From assembly GCF_025963285.1 (NCBI RefSeq), contig NZ_JAOPUX010000209.1: a stretch of DNA of 18,589 bases. One strand, written 5' to 3'. The notes under the pieces are model-generated. The model made no database searches and was not told the DNA's origin. It saw only the letters and a program-made list of their open reading frames with translations. Both the position numbers and the translations under genes were made by a program. The DNA comes from Jatrophihabitans sp. Lineage in GTDB: Bacteria; Actinomycetota; Actinomycetes; Mycobacteriales; Jatrophihabitantaceae. Shown here piece after piece: positions 1 through 7,019 of the stretch; position 1 is the first letter of the stretch; the number at the start of each line of letters is the position of its first letter.

Positions 1-2
1 TA

Positions 3-149
3 GTGGTCCCGGATCCCGATGGTGCCGTGCTCAACGTCGCCGGCTCGGTCCGCGCGATCCGCGAGGACGGCCTGGTCGAGGTCGACCTCGTCGCCACCGT
101 CGACGGTCAGACCGTGCTCGCCAAGGCCCGCGCCGTCGTCCGCGTCTGA
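3..149 (+). CDS. C-terminal fragment of a MaoC-like/hotdog-fold (R)-specific hydratase/dehydratase; N-terminus lies outside the window
   Basis: Frame 3 translates to ...VVPDPDGAVLNVAGSVRAIREDGLVEVDLVATVDGQTVLAKARAVVRV, ending at TGA 147-149. The pattern resembles the C-terminal beta-strands of hotdog-fold dehydratases, and had-like genes sit in this position upstream of tRNA-Trp/secE in mycobacteria. Assignment is from memory of the family only. Confidence 0.35.
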   Translation: MVPDPDGAVLNVAGSVRAIREDGLVEVDLVATVDGQTVLAKARAVVRV

Positions 150-210
150 CCTGTTGGGGCCGCGCGGGGCCGGGCTACGGCGGCGTCGGAGCTAGTGGGC
201 GGATGGCTGC

Positions 211-237
211 GCGCAGCGCCAGGACCTGGCGCTGCGC
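211..237. terminator. Perfect 27-nt palindrome (13-bp arms) between convergent genes; candidate bidirectional terminator
   Basis: gcgcagcgccagg-a-cctggcgctgcgc reads identically on both strands. It lies 2 nt downstream (on the minus strand) of the aminotransferase stop and about 60 nt after the hotdog gene stop. There is no clear U-tract. Confidence 0.35.
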
Positions 238-239
238 AC

Positions 240-1430
240 TCAGCTGTCGGCGACGAGCTTGGCGATCCGGCTGATTCCCTCGGCGAGGTCGGCGTCGCCG
301 AGGGCGTAGGAGAGGCGGGCGTAGCCCGGCGTGCCGAAGGCCTCACCCGGAACCACGGCCACCTCGACCTCGTCGAGGATGATCGCGGCGAGCTCGGCAG
401 ACGTGGTGGCGACCTTGCCCCGCAGCGACTTGCCGAGCAGCCCCTTCACCGAGGGGTAGACGTAGAAGGCGCCCAGCGGCTCGGGGCAGATGATGCCGGG
501 GATGTCGCGCAGCATCGAGACGGCCAGCTGTCGGCGCCGGTCGAAGGCGCTGCGCATCTCCGCGACGGCCGAGAGATCGCCGGAGACTGCGGCCAGCGCC
601 GCGACCTGGGCGACGTTGTTGACGTTGCTCGTGGCGTGCGACTGCAGGTTCGAGGCCGCTTTGATGACGTCGGTGGGGCCGATCATCCAGCCCACTCGCC
701 AGCCGGTCATGGCGTAGGTCTTGGCGACGCCGTTGAGCACGACGACCTTCTCGCCGGCACTGAGCGCGATCGAGTGGTTCACCGCGCCGCCGTAGACCAG
801 GTGTTCGTTGATCTCGTCGGTGACCGTCCAGAGGTCGTGCGAGGCGGCCCAGGCGCCGATCGCGTCGACCTCACCGGCGGGGTAGACGGCGCCGGTGGGG
901 TTCGAGGGGGAGACGAAGAGCAGCACCTTGGTGCGCTCGGTGCGGGCCGCCTCGAGCTGGTCGACGGTGGCCAGGTACCCCGTGGTCTCGTCGGTGACGA
1001 CGTAGACCGGCACGCCGCCGGCGAGCTTGATCGCCTCGGGGTAGGTGGTCCAATACGGCGCGATCACCAGCACCTCGTCGCCCGGGTCGAGCAGCGCGGC
1101 AAAGGTGTTGTAGACGGCCTGCTTGCCACCGTTGGTGACGAGCACCTGCGCGGCATCGACCTCGTAGGAGGTGTCGCGGAGCGTCTTGGCCGCGATCGCG
1201 GACTTCAGCTCGGGCAGGCCGCCCACCGGCGTGTAACGGTGGTTCTTCGGGTCGCGCGCCGCGGCGAGGGCGGCCTCGACGATGTAGTCCGGCGTCGCGA
1301 AGTCAGGCTCCCCGGCGCCGAAGCCGATGACCGGGCGCCCGGCGGCCTTGAGGGCCTTGGCCTTGGCGTCTACGGCCAGGGTGGCGGATTCAGCGATGGC
1401 GGCGATGCGGTCGGATACGCGGCTTCCCAT
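240..1430 (-). CDS. Class I/II PLP-dependent aminotransferase (aspartate/aromatic aminotransferase family)
   Basis: Track ORF 240..1622(-), trimmed to the internal ATG at 1430, which has GGGAGA about 10 nt upstream. The protein [47 protein letters not shown]... carries the PLP-lysine motif region [18 protein letters not shown] typical of AspC-type enzymes. The 64 aa of Pro/Arg/Gly-rich sequence upstream of that ATG look non-coding. Confidence 0.85.
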   Translation of the reverse strand: MGSRVSDRIAAIAESATLAVDAKAKALKAAGRPVIGFGAGEPDFATPDYIVEAALAAARDPKNHRYTPVGGLPELKSAIAAKTLRDTSYEVDAAQVLVTNGGKQAVYNTFAALLDPGDEVLVIAPYWTTYPEAIKLAGGVPVYVVTDETTGYLATVDQLEAARTERTKVLLFVSPSNPTGAVYPAGEVDAIGAWAASHDLWTVTDEINEHLVYGGAVNHSIALSAGEKVVVLNGVAKTYAMTGWRVGWMIGPTDVIKAASNLQSHATSNVNNVAQVAALAAVSGDLSAVAEMRSAFDRRRQLAVSMLRDIPGIICPEPLGAFYVYPSVKGLLGKSLRGKVATTSAELAAIILDEVEVAVVPGEAFGTPGYARLSYALGDADLAEGISRIAKLVADS

Positions 1431-1471
1431 GTCGGCAATTCTCCCAGATCCGCCGGAGTGCTTTTGACCCC

Positions 1472-1548
1472 CGGGTCTGCCGCCGTCCCCGGGGTCTGCC
1501 GCCGTCCGTCGGGTCTGCCGCCGTCCCTCGGGTCCCTGCCGCTGTCCG
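1472..1548. repeat. Noncoding tandem repeat, about 19 bp x4 (GGGTCTGCCGCCGTCC core)
   Basis: Identical 16-nt cores at 1473-1488, 1492-1507 and 1511-1526, plus a degenerate fourth copy at 1530-1547. They lie in the divergent intergenic region between the aminotransferase start and the flotillin locus. Confidence 0.85.
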
Positions 1549-1555
1549 AGCGGTC

Positions 1556-1825
1556 GTGATCTGTCAGACAGATCCCAGCCGACCGGATCCGAAGGGTCTA
1601 ACGTCGCCAACCGTGGCGACATACACCGGCCACAGCCCCGTTGGGGAGTTAGGCCGGATCACGGTTCCGATCCCGCTCGCGGGACCAGGCGAGGTGCTCG
1701 TACCCGTTCGCGGGGGCACCGAGGCGTTTGCCGCCTGGGCCAGCCAGCCCATCGCCAAGCACTCGATCGTTCTGGTGCTCACCGAACTGTCGGGCCGCAG
1801 CGTGCTGGTGACGCCCTACCCCTGA
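1556..1825 (+). CDS. Short NfeD-like OB-fold protein without an N-terminal membrane segment
   Basis: The 89-aa ORF has a C-terminal [43 protein letters not shown]. This matches the NfeD C-terminal OB-fold pattern (GE.W.A....I..G..V.V..v.G..L.V.P), and NfeD is the usual operon partner of SPFH/flotillin. Start (GTG 1556) is uncertain and there is no obvious SD. Confidence 0.4.
   Translation: MICQTDPSRPDPKGLTSPTVATYTGHSPVGELGRITVPIPLAGPGEVLVPVRGGTEAFAAWASQPIAKHSIVLVLTELSGRSVLVTPYP
1558..1575. promoter_or_regulatory. Perfect 18-bp palindrome GATCTGTCAGACAGATC (candidate operator)
   Basis: gatctgtc/gacagatc inverted repeat with no spacer, overlapping the GTG of the NfeD-like ORF. It sits in a divergent promoter region. 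Confidence 0.3.
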
Positions 1826-1920
1826 GCCGCCACACCCTGGGCCACTGCGCCTGAACCCTGCCGCGGGTCGTCGCGGCATCACCATCGCCGCTGTGCGCGG
1901 CAGGATCGAGCACCACCGTC

Positions 1921-3099
1921 ATGTTGTTCTGGCATGTCCCCGCCCCGAACGAGGCCCTTCTGGTCTCCGGGTCGCGGTCGCGCGAAGACGACGACCTGCA
2001 GTTCCGCATCGTCACCGGACACGGCTGCTTCGTGCTGCCGGTGAAGCAACGAGCCCGCACGCTCTCCCTGGCCCTGCGCGAGTCTGAGATCGTCGAGGAC
2101 TGCGTGACGATCCAGGGCGTCCGCCTCACCATCCAGGCCGTCGCCGCGTTCAAGGTCGGCGACGATCCGACCTCCATCGCCAACGCCGCACGCCGCTTCC
2201 TCACCGAGCAGGACCGTCTCGAAGAGCTCGTGGGACGGATCTTCGCCGGCCACCTGCGTTCGATCGTGGGCGCGCTGACCGTCGAGCAGCTCATCAGGGA
2301 GCGTGACCTCGTGGCGCAGGAGGTCAAGGAGGCCAGCCACTCCGAGATGGAGAAGCTCGGCATCGTCGTCGACGCGCTGCAGATCCAGGAGATCGTCGAC
2401 AAGTCCGGCTACATCGACCACCTCGCCGCGCCGCACGCAGCCGCAGTTGCGAGCCAGGCCCGTATCGCCGCCGCGCAGGCCGACCGCGAGGCGGTGGAGA
2501 AGGAACAGGAGGCTGCCGCGCTCAAGGCCGCCTACGAACGCGAGACTGCGATCAAGGTGGCGGGCTTCGCGGCCGAGACCGAGCAGGCCCGCGCCAGCGC
2601 CGCCCAGGCCGGGCCGCTCGCCGAGGCGCGTGCGACGCAGGAGGTGATCGAGCAGCAGACCGCCCTGGCTCGCAGGCAGGCCGAACTCGCCGACCAGGAG
2701 CTCGAGGCCACGGTGCGCAGGCCCGCTGATGCCGAGGCCTACCGGCTGCGCACCCTCGCCGACGCGAAGCGTGACCAGGTGAAGGCCGAGGCAGAGGCGG
2801 GCGCCTACGCGCTGCTCGAGCATGCGCGGTCCCAGGCAGAGGCCAACGAACTGCGCGCGGCGTCGCTGCGCGGCGGCAACCAGGAGCTGATTGCGGCGAA
2901 TCAGCTGATCGACGTGCTGCCGGCGCTGGTCGAGGCGGCGGCGAAGGGGCTGGCAGGGTCGAGTCTCACGGTCCTCAACGGGACGTCGGGGCTCAACGAG
3001 ATGCTCACCGGCCTGGTAGGCCAGGGCTTGACGATCTTCGAGGCGCTGAAGGCGGCGACGGCACATCCTGCCGACGTTCCGAAGCAACTGAGCGCCTGA
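1921..3099 (+). CDS. Flotillin-like SPFH/band-7 domain protein (FloT/YuaG-like), apparently lacking the N-terminal membrane hairpin
   Basis: 392 aa. It has an SPFH core (VPAPNEALLVSGS...IQGVRLTIQAVAAFKVGDDP...LRSIVGALTVEQLIRERD...LGIVVDALQIQEIVDKSGYIDHLA) followed by a long Ala/Glu/Gln-rich coiled-coil flotillin tail. The frame is closed by TGA at 1852-1854 and there is no alternative start between that and ATG 1921, so no TM segment is encoded. The SD is weak. Confidence 0.85.
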   Translation: MLFWHVPAPNEALLVSGSRSREDDDLQFRIVTGHGCFVLPVKQRARTLSLALRESEIVEDCVTIQGVRLTIQAVAAFKVGDDPTSIANAARRFLTEQDRLEELVGRIFAGHLRSIVGALTVEQLIRERDLVAQEVKEASHSEMEKLGIVVDALQIQEIVDKSGYIDHLAAPHAAAVASQARIAAAQADREAVEKEQEAAALKAAYERETAIKVAGFAAETEQARASAAQAGPLAEARATQEVIEQQTALARRQAELADQELEATVRRPADAEAYRLRTLADAKRDQVKAEAEAGAYALLEHARSQAEANELRAASLRGGNQELIAANQLIDVLPALVEAAAKGLAGSSLTVLNGTSGLNEMLTGLVGQGLTIFEALKAATAHPADVPKQLSA

Positions 3100-3137
3100 C
3101 GCCGTGGTGGCGGCCGGGCGAGCGCGACGGGGTCTTT

Positions 3138-3166
3138 TTGGATCTGGGGTGACTCGCCCGTAGACT
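3138..3166 (+). promoter_or_regulatory. Candidate sigma-70-type promoter for the tRNA-Trp/secE/nusG unit
   Basis: TTGGAT (3138-3143), a 17-nt spacer, then TAGACT (3161-3166), about 60 nt upstream of the tRNA. An imperfect inverted repeat gcgcaagcatgc/gcatgtgcgc lies at 3192-3225 between the promoter and the tRNA. Confidence 0.3.
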
Positions 3167-3226
3167 CGCCTGTCGGGGTCCCTGTGGCCCTGCGCAAGCA
3201 TGCTCACGCATGTGCGCGTGCGTCCT

Positions 3227-3299
3227 AGGGGCGTGGCTCAATTGGTAGAGCACCGGTCTCCAAAACCGGCGGTTGCAGGTTCAAGTCCTGTCGCCCCTG
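3227..3299 (+). tRNA. tRNA-Trp (anticodon CCA)
   Basis: 73-nt cloverleaf. Acceptor AGGGGCG/CGCCCCT, D-arm GCTC-AATTGGTA-GAGC, anticodon arm CCGGT-CTCCAAA-ACCGG with CCA centred, T-arm GCAGG-TTCAAGT-CCTGT, discriminator G, no encoded CCA. It sits in the conserved position directly upstream of secE. Confidence 0.85.
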
Positions 3300-3369
3300 C
3301 GGTTCCAAGCAGTACCCGGCAAGACCAGAACGACGAATGCACATCAGGATCCACTCGAAGGAGAGCTCC

Positions 3370-3603
3370 GTGACCGCGACACGCACCGAGCCCGCAGCGT
3401 CCCGCCCCTCCGGCGGTCGTGGCGGCAAGCCTGCGCGTTTCGTGCGCGAGAGCATCTCCGAGCTGCGCAAGGTGCTCTGGCCGTCGCGCAACGAGCTCGT
3501 CACGTACTCGATCGTCGTGATCGTGTTCGTGGTGATCATGGTGTCGCTCGTCGCCGGGCTCGACATCGGTTTCGCCAAGCTGGTGCTCGCCGTCTTTGGC
3601 TGA
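3370..3603 (+). CDS. secE: Preprotein translocase subunit SecE
   Basis: C-terminal TM helix VTYSIVVIVFVVIMVSLVAGLDIGFAKLVLAVFG preceded by ISELRKVLWPSRNEL, in the conserved position before nusG. Start is assigned to GTG 3370, which has GAAGGAGAG at 3356-3364, rather than the track's ATG 3337. Confidence 0.8.
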   Translation: MTATRTEPAASRPSGGRGGKPARFVRESISELRKVLWPSRNELVTYSIVVIVFVVIMVSLVAGLDIGFAKLVLAVFG

Positions 3604-3667
3604 GCAGGGCTGAGCGTCCACGCGCCACGCGTGCCGAGTTCGAGTTCACGAGCAGGAAAGAGAGATT

Positions 3668-4636
3668 GTGTCCGAGTACGACGACGTCACCACCGAGAGC
3701 GTGGACGGCGACGACAAGACCGAGCTGAACGACCCCTTCGCCTCGGCACGCGCCGAGGCGCAGGCTCCGGCTGCCGACACCTCCTTCGCGGCTCAGTCCG
3801 CCGACGAGGACGGTGACGAGCCGGTCGACGCGATCAGCGAGTCCGAGGAGTCCGTCGAGGACGGCCCAACCGACTTCGCCGCGGCCGCTCGTCTGCTCGG
3901 TGCCGACGAGGACGAGCAGATCGGTGACGAGCCAGCCACGGTCGCCGATCTCGGCCCGGCCGAGGACGCCGTCGAGGAGACCGCGGTCGAGGCTGAGCCC
4001 GTTGCCGAGGACGAGGAGAGCGACGAGGACCCGCTCGAGACGCTGCGCCGCGAGCTGCGCACGCAGTTCGGCGACTGGTACGTCGTGCACTCCTACGCCG
4101 GCTACGAGAACAAGGTCAAGACCAACCTCGAGAGCCGCATCCAGTCCCTCGACATGGAGGACTACATCTTCCAGGTCGAGGTCCCGACCGAAGAGGTCGT
4201 GGAGATCAAGAACGGCAAGCGCCAGCAGGTCCAGCGCAAGGTCTTCCCGGGCTACATCCTGGTTCGCATGGAGCTCACCGACGACTCGTGGGGCGCGGTG
4301 CGTAACACCCCAGGCGTCACCGGCTTTGTCGGCGCCACCTCGCGCCCGTCGCCGCTGACCCTCGACGAGGTGCTCCGCATCCTTGCCCCAGCGGCTCAGA
4401 AGGCCGTGGCTGTCGCGAACGGCAAGGCCGGTGCTGCCGCTGCCGACAAGGCTGCCGCCCCGCTCGTCGACTACAACGTCGGCGAGTCGGTCACGGTCAT
4501 GGACGGCCCCTTCGCCACCCTGCCCGCCACGATCAGCGAGATCGACGCCCTGCACCAGAAGCTGCACGTCCTCGTCTCGATCTTCGGTCGCGAGACGCCG
4601 GTCGAGCTGACGTTCAGCCAGGTCGCGAAGATCTAG
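3668..4636 (+). CDS. nusG: Transcription termination/antitermination factor NusG with an actinobacterial acidic N-terminal extension
   Basis: NGN domain ([23 protein letters not shown]...) and KOW region ([30 protein letters not shown]...[23 protein letters not shown]). About 130 aa of D/E/A-rich N-terminal sequence precede these. GTG start at 3668 with AGGAAAGAGAGA upstream. Confidence 0.9.
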   Translation: MSEYDDVTTESVDGDDKTELNDPFASARAEAQAPAADTSFAAQSADEDGDEPVDAISESEESVEDGPTDFAAAARLLGADEDEQIGDEPATVADLGPAEDAVEETAVEAEPVAEDEESDEDPLETLRRELRTQFGDWYVVHSYAGYENKVKTNLESRIQSLDMEDYIFQVEVPTEEVVEIKNGKRQQVQRKVFPGYILVRMELTDDSWGAVRNTPGVTGFVGATSRPSPLTLDEVLRILAPAAQKAVAVANGKAGAAAADKAAAPLVDYNVGESVTVMDGPFATLPATISEIDALHQKLHVLVSIFGRETPVELTFSQVAKI

Positions 4637-4694
4637 GTTTTCCACCGAATCACCCTCCCGCTACCGCGGGGCCGTCGAGAAAAGAAGAGAAGAA

Positions 4695-5126
4695 ATGCCT
4701 CCCAAGAAGAAGCTTGCAGCGATCATCAAGCTGCAGATCCAGGCCGGCGCTGCCAACCCGGCGCCGCCGGTCGGCCCTGCCCTGGGTCAGCACGGCGTCA
4801 ACATCATGGAGTTCTGCAAGGCGTACAACGCGGCCACCGAGTCGCAGCGCGGGCAGATCGTCCCGGTCGAGATCTCGGTCTACGAGGATCGCTCGTTCAC
4901 CTTCATCACCAAGACGCCGCCGGCTGCCCGCCTGCTGCTGAAGGCTGCAGGTGTCGAGAAGGGCTCTGGCGAGCCGCACACCAAGAAGGTCGCCAAGGTC
5001 ACGATGGCTCAGGTGCGCGAGATTGCCGAGTCGAAGATGGAAGACCTCAACGCCAACGACATCGACCAGGCCGCGAAGATCATCGCCGGCACCGCCCGGA
5101 GCATGGGCATCACGGTCGAGGGCTGA
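4695..5126 (+). CDS. rplK: 50S ribosomal protein L11
   Basis: [45 protein letters not shown]... is the canonical L11 sequence. A purine-rich SD (agaagagaagaa) lies upstream. Confidence 0.95.
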
Positions 5127-5137
5127 TCCACCCGATC

Positions 5138-5176
5138 GTGCAACTTCTGCCCGCCTGGCGGCGGCGCAAGTTGCAC
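5138..5176 (+). promoter_or_regulatory. Stable hairpin in the rplK-rplA intergenic region (candidate attenuator or L1-responsive mRNA structure)
   Basis: Perfect 9-bp arms GTGCAACTT (5138-5146) and AAGTTGCAC (5168-5176) flank a GC-rich 21-nt segment that can pair further. It sits 12 nt after the rplK stop and about 85 nt before the rplA ATG. Confidence 0.35.
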
Positions 5177-5262
5177 AATCGCCCTGAAAGCGTGGGAGGG
5201 CACCCGATCGCCGGGGCCCGTCTGACCACTGAACCGGCTCAGTCCGGAGATGGAGTACAGCA

Positions 5263-5979
5263 ATGAAGCGCAGCAAGGCATACCGCAAGGCAGCGGAGCT
5301 CATCGAGCCCGACAAGATCTACAGCCCGATCGAGGCCGTCAAGATCGCCAAGCAGGCCTCCCCGACCAAGTTCGACGGCACGGTCGAGGTTGCCCTGGTT
5401 CTCGGCGTCGACCCTCGTAAGGCCGACCAGATGGTGCGTGGCACGGTCAGCCTGCCGCACGGCACCGGCAAGACCGCCCGCGTCATCGTCTTCGCCACCG
5501 GCGACCAGGCCGAGGCCGCTCGCGCTGCGGGTGCGGACAAGGTCGGCTCCGACGACCTCATCCAGGAGATCACCGACGGCTTCCTCGACTTCGACGCCGC
5601 GATCGCGACGCCGGACCAGATGGCGAAGGTCGGCCGCATCGCCCGCGTGCTCGGCCCGCGCGGCCTGATGCCGAACCCGAAGACGGGAACGGTCACCCCC
5701 GATGTCGCCAAGGCAGTCACCGACATCAAGGGCGGCAAGATCAGCTTCCGGGTCGACAAGCAGTCCAACCTGCACCTGGTGATCGGCAAGGCGTCCTTCA
5801 CGCCCGAGCAGCTGGTGGAGAACTACGCCGCCGCACTCGACGAGGTGCTCCGCTCGAAGCCGTCCTCCTCCAAGGGCCGCTACGTCAAGAAGGTCGTGTT
5901 CGCCACGACGATGGGCCCGGGCATTCCGGTCGACCCGAACCGCACCCGCAACATGCTCGAGGAGACGCAGGGCGCCTGA
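5263..5979 (+). CDS. rplA: 50S ribosomal protein L1
   Basis: [30 protein letters not shown]...[34 protein letters not shown]... is canonical L1. GGAGA lies 8 nt upstream of the ATG. Confidence 0.95.
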   Translation: MKRSKAYRKAAELIEPDKIYSPIEAVKIAKQASPTKFDGTVEVALVLGVDPRKADQMVRGTVSLPHGTGKTARVIVFATGDQAEAARAAGADKVGSDDLIQEITDGFLDFDAAIATPDQMAKVGRIARVLGPRGLMPNPKTGTVTPDVAKAVTDIKGGKISFRVDKQSNLHLVIGKASFTPEQLVENYAAALDEVLRSKPSSSKGRYVKKVVFATTMGPGIPVDPNRTRNMLEETQGA

Positions 5980-6002
5980 CGCTCTCGGCAAACAACGCGC
6001 AC

Positions 6003-6056
6003 GAACGGCCCGGCGGCCTCCCTCCCAGGGACCTGCCGGGCCGTTCGGCGTTTCTC
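6003..6056. terminator. Bidirectional intrinsic terminator between rplA (+) and the convergent 255-aa gene (-)
   Basis: Perfect 12-bp stem GAACGGCCCGGC (6003-6014) / GCCGGGCCGTTC (6035-6046) with a 20-nt loop, followed by GGCGTTTCTC. Confidence 0.55.
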
Positions 6057-6822
6057 AGCCGAGCCCGCTACTGCGGTGCGGCTCGGCCGAGCTCAGGCCG
6101 TGCGCGCCGAAGACCTCGGCGATGGCGCGCAGCGGCTCACGGGGGCGGGGTTCGAGGGCCAGCGCCACGAGGTGGCTGCGGTGCTCACCGAAGGTCATCC
6201 CGTTGCCCGGGTCCTCGGCGAGGGCCACACCGGGTGCCAGCGGCAGGCAGAGCGGCGGGGTGTCGGCGCGCATGTAGCCGGACAGTGCTGCGCTGATGTC
6301 GTGATGCAGCCCGGCGTCGTCGGGCAGGTAGATCACCGCACTGCCGCTGTGCCGCAGCCGTGACGGGAGGGTCGGCATGGCCAGCAGCCACGGCTGGTCG
6401 AGCCCGAGCAGTGCTGCGGTGGCGACGTGCACGAACTCGGGCAGTGCCGCCATCTCTGGCGAGAGCAGCAGGCGGACGCTCCGCGAGCGGCTGCGCGACG
6501 GTGACCACTGGCTGCCCCAGGTGCGCCACCAGCGATCACGGCCGAGCACGTCGCGCCGGTCGATCACCTGCACCTCGTCATCGTCGACGACGCGACGCGT
6601 GCTGCCGGCGTGGGCCTGACGGTAGAGCCCGACGAGCGGCAGGCGGAGCAGGGCACGCGGTGTCTCGACGACCGGTGGGGTGAACCACGAGTGGTACAGC
6701 CGCCCTGCCAGCGTGCTCGGGCCGTTGCCTGCGGCGTGGGCGTCGGCGGCCATGATCGCCCCCAGCAGTTGCCGACGTGCCCAGGCGGGCCAGTCCGTCT
6801 GCTCGATGGTGCGGTGCTGCAT
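6055..6822 (-). CDS. Hypothetical protein (255 aa), divergently transcribed from the S8/ECF/CHAT cluster
   Basis: ATG at 6822 with GAGAGGGA SD 6 nt upstream; stop 6055-6057. MQHRTIEQTDWPAWARRQLLGAIMAADAHA... matches no family I recognise. A strong RBS plus the terminator after the stop support it being real. Confidence 0.55.
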   Translation of the reverse strand: MQHRTIEQTDWPAWARRQLLGAIMAADAHAAGNGPSTLAGRLYHSWFTPPVVETPRALLRLPLVGLYRQAHAGSTRRVVDDDEVQVIDRRDVLGRDRWWRTWGSQWSPSRSRSRSVRLLLSPEMAALPEFVHVATAALLGLDQPWLLAMPTLPSRLRHSGSAVIYLPDDAGLHHDISAALSGYMRADTPPLCLPLAPGVALAEDPGNGMTFGEHRSHLVALALEPRPREPLRAIAEVFGAHGLSSAEPHRSSGLG

Positions 6823-7019
6823 GCCGGTCCCTCTCGTCGCTGCGGGTTACGAGGGGAAGGAGACCGGCCAGGGCCAGAAAATACCTGCGGCTACCGCTCG
6901 GTATCACGAACGCTTCTGTCTGCTCCTGACATGGGACAGAATCAGTGCGCGCTCTCCGCTGGCTGCGGGTATCCGACGGCCCTAGGCTCAGCGCCGGACG
7001 CCCCCAACCCGGAGTGATC

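Noticed and set aside
195-1559. 454-aa plus-strand ORF
   Set aside because: It lies entirely antisense to the well-supported aminotransferase gene. Its product is Gly/Arg/Asp/Val-rich low-complexity sequence typical of GC-biased antisense frames.
1855-1920. Possible N-terminal extension or frameshifted TM segment for the flotillin gene
   Set aside because: An in-frame TGA at 1852-1854 and the absence of any ATG/GTG/TTG before 1921 close the frame. The upstream NfeD-like frame does not encode a hydrophobic hairpin, so the anchorless form is reported as a finding instead.
3100-3145. T5 run (tcttttt, 3135-3141) after the flotillin stop as an intrinsic terminator
   Set aside because: I could not find a convincing complementary GC stem immediately upstream of the T-run. 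The TT of the run is used instead as part of a candidate -35 element.
1879-3207. 442-aa minus-strand ORF
   Set aside because: Antisense to the flotillin gene, with Arg/Leu/Gly-rich composition. It has no start or SD context.
3536-4645. 369-aa minus-strand ORF
   Set aside because: Antisense to nusG, an artefact of the high-GC third position.
6945-7019. Upstream extension of the S8 ORF (track start at 6945), and similar track starts for secE (3337), rplJ (14605), rplL (15316) and the secreted protein (12271)
   Set aside because: In each case an internal ATG or GTG a few codons downstream has a properly spaced Shine-Dalgarno sequence and yields the canonical N-terminus. The upstream extensions lack an SD.
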